Positions 16,522-24,476 of a DNA stretch of 32,000 nucleotides are shown piece by piece. The translations under genes and the position numbers were made by a program. Positions within the stretch are counted from its first letter, which is position 1; each line of letters begins with the position of its first letter. The notes under the pieces were generated by a model. It saw only the letters and a list, made by a program, of their open reading frames with translations, ran no database searches and was not told where the DNA came from. Source of the DNA: Candidatus Omnitrophota bacterium (GTDB lineage: Bacteria; Omnitrophota; Gorgyraeia; Zapsychrales; JANLHA01); contig OY759724.1 of NCBI GenBank assembly GCA_963662715.1, forward strand, positions 990,001 through 1,022,000, in the 5' to 3' direction.

Positions 16522-16550
16522 AATATAACAAAGGATATCTTTTAACACAA
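16522..16550 (-). promoter_or_regulatory. Extended -10 promoter for the coiled-coil/LacI transcript (TTGTGT-17-TATATT with TGT)
   Basis: The minus strand reads cTTGTGTtaaaagatatcctTTGTTATATTcataac. The -10 is at 16527-16522 and the -35 at 16550-16545. Confidence 0.45.
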
Positions 16551-16642
16551 GAAAAAAAGCAATAAATTATTACACGGCAATAGTTTTTCTACACCTCATC
16601 ATATATATTTCCCCGAAATAGCCCGCCAAGACGAGCGCGCAC

Positions 16643-16671
16643 AAAAAAAAGGGCAGCCGGTCTGGCTGCCC
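16643..16671 (-). terminator. Intrinsic terminator ending the glycan-locus transcripts
   Basis: The minus strand reads gggcagcc-agac-cggctgccc followed by tttttttt (A-run 16643-16650 on the plus strand). It lies 23 nt after the lipoprotein stop at 16694. Confidence 0.75.
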
Positions 16672-16693
16672 TTTCCCATAAAAAATATTCCTA

Positions 16694-17332
16694 CTACTCA
16701 TACTGAATATTATCTAAATAAAATGTACAAGACTCCGGATTCACATCAACATTTGTTGACCACGAAAAGCCGCCGCTGACATAAGATAAATCCCGGCCTC
16801 TTAAATCAATGGTATACTTCCTCCACTCATTCGTCAGGATCACAGGTCCGATGATGGCCATATCCGAATCCGGGTAATCTCCGGTAATGCCTCCCATCTT
16901 AAACTCTTCAATACGTTCTCCGCCTTTCTCACCCTTGGCCCAAAAACTTAATTCCCGCGCGCCTTCCAAATTAAAACCGCCTTTCTGGTTCCCCCAGTTA
17001 TTCGCCGGATTAAGCCAATAAATACCCGCCCATTTTTGATCTTCCTGGGAACATTCAATTTCATATTCCACGCGCATACAGGTTTTTCCATCATAACAGT
17101 CTTGCTGCCAGGCATCATTAAAATTAAGACATTTTCCGTTGGGCATAAAGCCAGAGGGAACAAAATGGTTATCTCTTGAGCCTTTATCTTTATACACGAT
17201 AAAGGGCTTGAACGTACTTTCCGTTTGCTCATAATTATTACTCTGCCCCGTCGAACTTACGCTGGTCCGGTTACACCCCCACACGACGAACACACACAGG
17301 GCCAATAGAAAAAAATTTTTTTTAATGGCCAT
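16694..17332 (-). CDS. Lipoprotein with a carbohydrate-binding-module-like beta-sandwich (hypothetical)
   Basis: 212 aa. Lipobox LALCVFVVWG-C. The Trp/Gly/Asn-rich AGIYWLNPANNWGNQKGGFNLEGARELSFWAKGEKGGERIEEFKMGG...WRKYTIDLRGRDLSYVSGGFSW...FYLDNIQYE looks like CBM / galactose-binding-like domains. Confidence 0.7.
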   Translation of the reverse strand: MAIKKNFFLLALCVFVVWGCNRTSVSSTGQSNNYEQTESTFKPFIVYKDKGSRDNHFVPSGFMPNGKCLNFNDAWQQDCYDGKTCMRVEYEIECSQEDQKWAGIYWLNPANNWGNQKGGFNLEGARELSFWAKGEKGGERIEEFKMGGITGDYPDSDMAIIGPVILTNEWRKYTIDLRGRDLSYVSGGFSWSTNVDVNPESCTFYLDNIQYE

Positions 17333-17392
17333 CAGAAACCCTTTCTTAGATTTGAATGATCTTTGATTTTTCTGCTTACTTGTCTATAAAAC

Positions 17393-17471
17393 AAACAGGA
17401 TCCCCAAGTTGAGGAAAGAACCTTAAGGATCCTGTTTCAGAATGAGGATCAATGACATGTCACTGTCATTG
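17393..17471 (-). terminator. Two stem-loops between the 285-aa gene and the lipoprotein gene (partial terminator or processing site)
   Basis: caatgaca-tgtcac-tgtcattg (17450-17471) lies 8 nt after the stop. Then comes aaacaggatcc-(23 nt)-ggatcctgttt, an 11-bp stem at 17393-17437, followed on the minus strand by gttttat. Confidence 0.4.
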
Positions 17472-17478
17472 TCTTTTA

Positions 17479-18336
17479 TTAATCTTCCAAAGCCTCCAAC
17501 TTTTGCTGTGCTGCTTCTGCCGGTTTCCAGAACCAACCCTTGGGATCCCAGCACTGAGAAAAATAATAATCGTCGACTAATTTCTTAAACGCTTCTTTAG
17601 CTTCGCTATTTTTACCGGCGTTCATATAGGCTTCGCCTCTGATAAAAAGACAGGTGCCGATATCATTCAATGCCCAGTAAGAAAAAATCTTGTCCTTGGA
17701 TTCCCAGGGATATTCCGTGAGCGACTCCTGCATTTCCTTGGCCTTTTCTTCATACAGCTCCAGGCATTTATTTGTATAAGCCAACACGGAATCAAGATCT
17801 TTTTCGGCTAAGGCTTCCCAAGCTTTAACCGCGAGAGTGCTGGATGTGTAATCCCCGAAATCCAAATCTGACCCGGACTCAATCATGGCGATTTTTTCTT
17901 TTGCCGCTTCGGCCGGCTTCCAGAACCATCCCTTGGTATCCCAGCATTGCCCGTATGAATACTCATCAATAAGCTTCTGATAGGCTTTAACAGCTTCGTC
18001 ATTCATTTTAGCCTTGCGATAAGCTTCTCCTTGAATGAATAAACCGGTAGCGATATCATTGAGCGCCCAATAGGAAAAAATTTCATCATTGGTTCCTGTC
18101 GGATACTCTGTTAAACTCGCCTGCATTTTTTGCCCTTGCTCGGCATAAAGTTCGATACACTTATTTGTGTATGCCAATACAGCTTCCAAATCGTTCTCTG
18201 CTAAAGATCCCCATGCTTTGGTGATCAATGTCACGGAACGATAATCCCCGAAGTTATAAGCGAATGCCTTTCCTGGAATGGCCAACGATAAACCCAATAC
18301 CAAAGCCATCATGACAAAGAAAATCTTTTTTAACAT
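17479..18336 (-). CDS. Secreted protein made of two copies of an unassigned TPR-like helical module
   Basis: From ORF 17479..18357. I prefer the start at ATG 18336 (MLKKIFFVMMALVLGLSLAIPGKAFA-YNF), which has GGAGG 9 nt upstream and a clean signal peptide. The mature protein is an internal duplication (see the repeat feature). Confidence 0.8.
   Translation of the reverse strand: MLKKIFFVMMALVLGLSLAIPGKAFAYNFGDYRSVTLITKAWGSLAENDLEAVLAYTNKCIELYAEQGQKMQASLTEYPTGTNDEIFSYWALNDIATGLFIQGEAYRKAKMNDEAVKAYQKLIDEYSYGQCWDTKGWFWKPAEAAKEKIAMIESGSDLDFGDYTSSTLAVKAWEALAEKDLDSVLAYTNKCLELYEEKAKEMQESLTEYPWESKDKIFSYWALNDIGTCLFIRGEAYMNAGKNSEAKEAFKKLVDDYYFSQCWDPKGWFWKPAEAAQQKLEALED
17482..18258 (-). repeat. Intragenic tandem duplication, 393-bp (131-aa) period, two copies
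   Basis: ORF-numbered aa 34-164 versus 165-292. 79 of 121 aligned residues are identical by hand count. Conserved blocks are FGDY, VLAYTNKC, SLTEYP, IFSYWALNDI, GEAY, QCWD.KGWFWKPAEAA. The DNA copies are visibly related but diverged. Confidence 0.85.
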
Positions 18337-18569
18337 CTCTACCATCCTCCAATTCATTTTACTTAAAAATTCTTTAATTTTGATTTATGTGAATTCCTTA
18401 AAAAGTAATTTTAAGGATATCTAACCAAGCGGTCAGATAAAACAATTTTGATTATACTACCTGCCAACACCCCCTCTCTTATTAAGATATAGATGAAAAT
18501 AACTCAGTAATTATAACATTTTTTACTATTATATAGCAAATTTTATTAACAACCCCCACGGGGACGATC

Positions 18570-21071
18570 TCAGGGGAGCTCATTCCAGGCTTCCTTATAA
18601 AATTCATAAGTCTTTCGCAGACGGCGCATAAAAGGGCTGTCTGTCCCGTTGCCCTGGGATGTAATGCCAAACCATTCTTCATAATAATATCCGCCCGGGA
18701 AAGGCCCGATGGCATCCGATTTACGGTCGTGATAAAAAGGCTCATAATTCTTCCACCATTCATCCGTCCATTCGAAAACAACGGCTCCCAGGGCATTGCC
18801 CTCACCCTCCGCACGGCCAGCCATATTGGCTTCAACATCATACCAGTTGCCCCGGTGATAATTCGCCTGGGCTTCCTCCCCTTCTTCCTGCGTTAAATGT
18901 TTCGCATAAGCCGGGCAACCGTATTCGGTAATAAAAGCAGGCTTGTCCGTAGCTTCCTTGATCTGTTGCCAATACGCGCCAAAACCATAATCCCCCCGAT
19001 AAGCATTCGCGGCAAACATATCAATATCAGGGGCATGCTTCGCAAAAATATCCAGATATAGAGTGTCCCCGTTACATAAAGCTACCGGGTGCTCCGGATC
19101 TAATGATTTAATCATCTTGGCCACTTCGTTCGCAAACTTGTAATATGCCTCTGGCTTTGTATCAGCATTTGAAGCGACCCCGTAGTTATTTTCATTCCCC
19201 AACAGCCAAAACAATAAATAAGGTTCGTCTTTATGCTCCAGCACCATCTGACGAACCGACTCCATCATGTTCTTTTGGTGTTCAGGATTTTCATAATCCG
19301 TCCCTTCAAACCAGGATGCTCCTGAACCTAAAGTGTATTTTCCCAAGAAATCTCCCAGAATCACCCGGATGCCGAATTCATCATATAACTTACGAAAAAC
19401 TTCCTTATTGGGCTTAAACGGTTGATGATACTCACGTATTGTATTGGCGCCCATTTCCGCCATCAGCTGAAAATCACCGACAACCGGTTCATCGTCATCC
19501 CGTTGGTTATTTTCGTTAGCATCCACCCAGACATCATAAGGACCGTCCGGAAGACCGTTTTTGTTCGTGTCTTCATACATCCAGGAAACGAGGGTCCCTT
19601 TATCCGGACTTTGCCCGATCTTTGTCGGGGCATAAGTAACACCTTTGATGATATAGGGTTTCCCTTCGACTAATAACTGCCAATGACCGTTCTCGTACTG
19701 CACCAGCGAGACTTTCCCCTCTCCCAACCTTCTTTTAATTTTCCGCAGAGGGACGGTCTTTTTATCAAGATTCATCTTATCCTTAACTTTATCAAGAAAC
19801 CCTTTCTCCTCTATCACGCCGGGATAGGTGATAACGGCATCATTGCTCACATCATTATCAAATCCGTTGATAACAGTCATCTTCATCCATTTCACTTTTA
19901 AATTCAACTCGGGATGAGAACGGACAAGATGAATGATCTTCGCGACAGCGGCCTGGGCCGGATACCAAGGCGTCTGCCAATATGTCCAGCCGATTGTTTT
20001 AGGAAAATGCACAACAAGCGCGTGGTAAGCTTTAATCGCCTCATAATACATCTGCGCTTTCTCTAAAATCATGGCCATATAAAACAGTTTGATCCCTCCC
20101 GGCTCAGGTGCGGTAGCCCATTTAAAAAAGGCTGCCTCCAAATCATCACTGTACACAAAATCCCAATGGCTACCGTCCAGGCGTCCTTCTTTTTTCGCTT
20201 GTTTATATTTGGGATTCTTCAGGATATCGCTGTTATTCGGATAAATGCCTTCTCCCACGGCTTCTTTGAGGCCTTTGAAATCATTGATTTTATAACGATA
20301 ATCTTTTGTGCCCACCTCAACAAACTCGCCATACTTCTGATAATCGATGACTTTTTCTGTCCCCGGCCTGGCTAAAGAAGGCAGTGTCCGCAGACGAGTC
20401 GGAGGCACCTCCTCCTCCTCTTCAACTTTGCCGGTCATCACATCAATACTGTCCTGACTTTTCTCCGCGACGGACCACAACGATCCTCGGGAGGGATCCC
20501 AGGCTTGAGCCCAGCCATACTCGTCGATAATGGATTGAAATACCCGGATCGACTGCTCGGTCTTGCCGTAATTCATGTAAGCTTCGGCCTGAATAAAAAG
20601 GACGGTGGCAAGATCATTTAATTCCTGACATTCCTTTTCCTTGCCCTTTGACGGGAATTCCGTCAACCCGGCCTGCTGTTCCTTGGCCTTCTCTTTATAG
20701 ACAGATAAAACCGCTTCAACCAGTTTATCCAGTTGCTCTAAATTCCCCTGGTGGGACAGCTCCCAGCATTTCCGGACCACGTCTTCCGGCGTTGCATCCT
20801 GATTAAGAGCAAAATCCTCAAAGGGGATATTTAGTTTCACGGATTGATCAGCGGCTGATTCATCAATCGACTCAGCCGGGACATCAGCTTCGGCTGCGTC
20901 CTGAGTTTCAACATCCGGCATATTTCCTTGATCTTCTTTCGTGATAGCTTCCGCTGTTGCCTTCTGACTTTCCGTTTCTGAACTTTTTTCTTCCTGGGCA
21001 CCGGCTAAAGAAGACATAAAAATCAAGCCGGCCATAAGCGTTGTATAAACTATTTTTTTCACTATAAACAC
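18570..21071 (-). CDS. Secreted multidomain glycoside hydrolase: signal peptide, acidic linker, helical module(s), beta-sandwich, clan GH-A (GH2/GH5-like) TIM barrel
   Basis: 833 aa. Signal peptide ...LMAGLIFMSSLAGA-QEE; GTG start at 21071, or GTG at 21062 giving MKKIVY. The pre-barrel strand is GKPYIIKGVTY. Acid/base motif FWLLGNENNY (Glu627, 19191-19193). Nucleophile motif PAFITEYGCP (Glu716, 18924-18926). The late FEWTDEWWK is typical of clan GH-A. Confidence 0.8.
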   Translation of the reverse strand: MFIVKKIVYTTLMAGLIFMSSLAGAQEEKSSETESQKATAEAITKEDQGNMPDVETQDAAEADVPAESIDESAADQSVKLNIPFEDFALNQDATPEDVVRKCWELSHQGNLEQLDKLVEAVLSVYKEKAKEQQAGLTEFPSKGKEKECQELNDLATVLFIQAEAYMNYGKTEQSIRVFQSIIDEYGWAQAWDPSRGSLWSVAEKSQDSIDVMTGKVEEEEEVPPTRLRTLPSLARPGTEKVIDYQKYGEFVEVGTKDYRYKINDFKGLKEAVGEGIYPNNSDILKNPKYKQAKKEGRLDGSHWDFVYSDDLEAAFFKWATAPEPGGIKLFYMAMILEKAQMYYEAIKAYHALVVHFPKTIGWTYWQTPWYPAQAAVAKIIHLVRSHPELNLKVKWMKMTVINGFDNDVSNDAVITYPGVIEEKGFLDKVKDKMNLDKKTVPLRKIKRRLGEGKVSLVQYENGHWQLLVEGKPYIIKGVTYAPTKIGQSPDKGTLVSWMYEDTNKNGLPDGPYDVWVDANENNQRDDDEPVVGDFQLMAEMGANTIREYHQPFKPNKEVFRKLYDEFGIRVILGDFLGKYTLGSGASWFEGTDYENPEHQKNMMESVRQMVLEHKDEPYLLFWLLGNENNYGVASNADTKPEAYYKFANEVAKMIKSLDPEHPVALCNGDTLYLDIFAKHAPDIDMFAANAYRGDYGFGAYWQQIKEATDKPAFITEYGCPAYAKHLTQEEGEEAQANYHRGNWYDVEANMAGRAEGEGNALGAVVFEWTDEWWKNYEPFYHDRKSDAIGPFPGGYYYEEWFGITSQGNGTDSPFMRRLRKTYEFYKEAWNELP

Positions 21072-21086
21072 CCCTTCCGATTCTTG

Positions 21087-21959
21087 TTATCCGAAAACTG
21101 CGCCAGATAATAATCCTTTTATGATATGTTTCTGCATAAGAAGATACACAATAATGATCGGGATAGCTGCGATACTTAATCCGGCCATGAGAAGCGGATA
21201 ATCCACACTATGAGCACCCTGAAAAACCATTAATCCCCGCTGAAGCGGCATGATGGTAGGCTTATTAGGAATGTCATTCAACAATAACATCGCTAAAATA
21301 TACTCATTCCAAACATTTAAAGCGTTGAAGATAACGATAACCGCGATAGCCGGCCTTGCCAGAGGCAGGGCCACATGGCGCCATATCCCCAATTTTGTAC
21401 AGCCGTCGATCCGCGCGGCATCTTCCAGATCAGGCGGCATTTTATCAAAAAATGTTTTCAATAGCAAAATACTTAAAGACAGCCCGACATTAATCATACA
21501 AAGGATATAACCTAATTGCCTGACATAGGTGTAAGGAGAGTTGATAAATCCAAGCTTTGTCATAAGAACGGTTAACGGGACGAAACTTCCCGGCAGGGGG
21601 ATCATCATGGCAGCCACGAACATATAAAAGAAAAAATTCTTTCCTGGGAAATGAAGACGGGAAAAAGCATATGCCGCCAAAGAAGCGATGAGCACAATAC
21701 CCGCCACAACGCAAAAAGTGTAAATCACGCTGTTTAAAGAATACATGCCGAATTGGCCTTCGGTCCAGGCTTTGATAAAGTTGTCAAAATATATCTCCGA
21801 TGGGATCAAAGACTTGTCTGTAAAGACCGTTGCGTTGGTCATCAGGGCGGAACGCAGCATCCAAAACAGCGGGAAGAGACAGGTTATGGCTATGGCAAGA
21901 AGAAAAATGTGAACGGAAACGGCTTTTGTCGCCCGAATCACCCGGTATTTATTAACCAT
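21087..21959 (-). CDS. Carbohydrate ABC transporter permease (MalG/AraQ-like)
   Basis: 290 aa with six predicted TM segments. EAA loop DLEDAARIDGCTKLGIWRHVALPLARPA. RBS GAGGA upstream. Confidence 0.9.
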   Translation of the reverse strand: MVNKYRVIRATKAVSVHIFLLAIAITCLFPLFWMLRSALMTNATVFTDKSLIPSEIYFDNFIKAWTEGQFGMYSLNSVIYTFCVVAGIVLIASLAAYAFSRLHFPGKNFFFYMFVAAMMIPLPGSFVPLTVLMTKLGFINSPYTYVRQLGYILCMINVGLSLSILLLKTFFDKMPPDLEDAARIDGCTKLGIWRHVALPLARPAIAVIVIFNALNVWNEYILAMLLLNDIPNKPTIMPLQRGLMVFQGAHSVDYPLLMAGLSIAAIPIIIVYLLMQKHIIKGLLSGAVFG

Positions 21960-22005
21960 AATTTATCCTCATTTAAACATCCCCCCTCTGCCCGACAATA
22001 GGGAA

Positions 22006-22935
22006 TCAGGCCTGTTTCATGTGAGCGGAAAGTTTTTTCAAACAAAAAGACACGGCAATCAAGATCATGCCGAAATTAACACCCATGGCACAGGCATACC
22101 CGTAACGATTCTGCCTTGTCATGGCTTCTAAAATTTTTGTAACAGGAACAGATGTATAGTCCACTAATCCAGAAGGACCGACTAAAGATAAAATCAAAAC
22201 AAAAGCCTGCATCGCCCCGAGAATTGTTAAAATCATGACAACAACAATAACCGGAAGCATCATCGGGACTGTGACATTCTTAAACACACTGAATGAGCCT
22301 GCCCCGTCAACTCGTGCCGCTTCATATAATTGCCGGTCAATGGTCTGAAGGCCGGCTAAAAACATAACGAAGCCCCATCCGAATCCTTTCCAGGAGTGAA
22401 CGACAGCCACACAGGTTAAAACCGTCTTAGGATCGGATAACCAATTATTAACGAGATGAGAAAAACCAATTTTATGCAGAAAATAATTCAGCAAGCCGAT
22501 ATGCTGCCCGTCTTGTAAGCCGGGATAAAGGATCCAGCTCCAAATGAGGCCAACAACAACCTCGGAGAGAACCGGCGGGATGAAAAAGATCACCCGGTAA
22601 AACCCTTTCAGAAAAATCTCCCGGTCGCACGCCAAAGCCAAGGCAAAAGCCAAAGCATTCTGAAAAGTCAAAGCAATAAGCGTGATATAAGCGGCGTTCC
22701 ACATGGAGACCCACCAGCTCTTATCACTCATCAGTTCTTTAAAATTCTCAAAACCGACATATATACGTGTCGGGCTAATGCCGTTCCATTCCTGCAGGGA
22801 AAGATTAAAAATTTCCAGAAAAGGAGCGATGTAAAAGGTTAAGAAAATAAAGACCGCAGGTAAAACAAACGCAAAACTTCCCAGCTGGTCACGAATACGG
22901 GGAAGCGACATGCTCCTTTTTTGGGGTAAAGCCAT
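22006..22935 (-). CDS. Carbohydrate ABC transporter permease (MalF/AraP-like)
   Basis: 309 aa. EAA loop LYEAARVDGAGSFSVFKNVTVPMMLP. Follows the binding-protein gene after 23 nt. Confidence 0.9.
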   Translation of the reverse strand: MALPQKRSMSLPRIRDQLGSFAFVLPAVFIFLTFYIAPFLEIFNLSLQEWNGISPTRIYVGFENFKELMSDKSWWVSMWNAAYITLIALTFQNALAFALALACDREIFLKGFYRVIFFIPPVLSEVVVGLIWSWILYPGLQDGQHIGLLNYFLHKIGFSHLVNNWLSDPKTVLTCVAVVHSWKGFGWGFVMFLAGLQTIDRQLYEAARVDGAGSFSVFKNVTVPMMLPVIVVVMILTILGAMQAFVLILSLVGPSGLVDYTSVPVTKILEAMTRQNRYGYACAMGVNFGMILIAVSFCLKKLSAHMKQA

Positions 22936-22958
22936 ATTTTAAAGGTTTAACCTTAAAT

Positions 22959-24266
22959 TTATTCGCGCTTCTTCTTTTTCGCCATCTGGCGTTCTTTGAC
23001 TTTCTGCACTTCTTCTGCCACCTGTTGAGGCGTTTTTTCACCGATAATAATCGACTGAATGCCTTTATCAAATGCCTCAACGACCAAAGGATGTTCATCC
23101 AGCGGCCAGATCGTTGGATGTGTTGTCGCGTCCATGGCTCTGGCAAATTCCGAAAGCACATCCGGGATATCGGTCAAAGCATAGCGATTCGCCGGTAAAT
23201 TTAAAGTCTCCTTTGATAAATAAGCTTGCTGTTCTTTCGCCGAAAGCCACTTTAAAAACGCAATCGCCTTATCCTTTTTATCGCTTGAATTATTAACGAC
23301 AAACGATGATCCTGCCCCGCCCCATATGCGCATCGGGATATTCTTGCTGTATTTCGGTGGCAGCATAACGCCATAATCAAGATGAGGATTCATCTTATGA
23401 TAAACATTGACGCACCAGGAGCCGTTAAAAGCAAATGCGTTACGGTTCAAGGCGAAATCCTGCTCAGCATATTTATTGGCTTTTGTCACGACCCCTTCGG
23501 CTAAGGCCCCTTTATCGCGTAAAGTTGCAAAAACCTGAAGAACCTCGATCCATTCGGGATCTGTATACGGGACTTTGCCGCGGTACGTGGCCATAACTTT
23601 ATCTTCACCTAAAATATTGAAAGCATAATTGGAGGCAAAACAATTCACCAGCCATAATTCCCCCCACCCGGAAACAAGCCCGGATACCCCAACGCGTTTT
23701 AAAGCTTCAATGGCTTCCAGAAACTCATCAAAAGTTTGAGGCACTTTACTGATTCCGGCCTTTTCCAGCAAGGCTTTATTATAAAGCATCTGAACATTCG
23801 TGACATCGATGGGAACACCGTAGATTCCGGGTTCAATGCCATAGCTATTTCCTTCATCAAAACGGTTTGCGGCAAGGGCCTTCGGGAAAAGGCTTTTCTC
23901 CCAGGCTGAATTATCTTTGACAAATTCTTCAGACAGATCCGCAACATATCCGCTTTCAATAAAGGTAGCAAAAACGGATTTCTTATCCAGGATTCCAAAG
24001 ATATCAGGAAGGATTTTGGCTTGGGCTGCGGCAATGATTTTTTGGGAGTAAACATCAGAAGGGGCGTAAAGTTCAAAGATGACTTCAACTCCGGTCTCTT
24101 CTTGATATTTTTTCGCTAACTCCTTTAAAACTTCATGCCGGTCAGTTATCCAGTGCCAAACCGTAATGATATTCTTATTCGGCGGAACGGCTGGGCCACC
24201 ACAGCTTTGACAACTCCAGATAACGGCTATGGCCAAACATATGCCTGCCAGAAATTTCCCTTTCAT
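22959..24266 (-). CDS. Sugar ABC transporter substrate-binding lipoprotein (solute-binding family 1)
   Basis: From ORF 22959..24272 (TTG). I prefer ATG 24266 (MKGKFLAGICLAIAVIWS-C lipobox), which has AAGGA 6-7 nt upstream. The Trp-rich family-1 SBP pattern is present (ITVWHW..., FNGSWCVN, RIWGGAGSSF). Confidence 0.9.
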   Translation of the reverse strand: MKGKFLAGICLAIAVIWSCQSCGGPAVPPNKNIITVWHWITDRHEVLKELAKKYQEETGVEVIFELYAPSDVYSQKIIAAAQAKILPDIFGILDKKSVFATFIESGYVADLSEEFVKDNSAWEKSLFPKALAANRFDEGNSYGIEPGIYGVPIDVTNVQMLYNKALLEKAGISKVPQTFDEFLEAIEALKRVGVSGLVSGWGELWLVNCFASNYAFNILGEDKVMATYRGKVPYTDPEWIEVLQVFATLRDKGALAEGVVTKANKYAEQDFALNRNAFAFNGSWCVNVYHKMNPHLDYGVMLPPKYSKNIPMRIWGGAGSSFVVNNSSDKKDKAIAFLKWLSAKEQQAYLSKETLNLPANRYALTDIPDVLSEFARAMDATTHPTIWPLDEHPLVVEAFDKGIQSIIIGEKTPQQVAEEVQKVKERQMAKKKKRE

Positions 24267-24399
24267 GGTCAATCCTTTAATATAGTAGCCCCAAGGTGTG
24301 AAGGTCCGCGAATAAAATATCTCTGGGGTTGAGCTTTAACTTATTGGGATTATTAAGTTAAATACGGATTGTATTCAAATGTAAAAATAATGATCGAGT

Positions 24400-24428
24400 A
24401 TTCTATCACGCACATTTTATTTTGTCAA
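24400..24428 (-). promoter_or_regulatory. Near-consensus sigma70 promoter for the SBP-permease-hydrolase operon (TTGACA-17-TAGAAT)
   Basis: The minus strand reads tttttTTGACAaaataaaatgtgcgtgaTAGAATactcg. The -35 is at 24428-24423 and the -10 at 24405-24400, giving a leader of ~125 nt. Confidence 0.6.
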
Positions 24429-24476
24429 AAAAAGCATTCCGGTATCGAATCTTAGAGAAAAAGGGAATCTGTCCCT

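Noticed and set aside
18482-18841. 119-aa minus-strand ORF overlapping the hydrolase 3-prime end
   Set aside because: It is a different frame of the well-supported GH domain and extends into an AT-rich spacer without an RBS.
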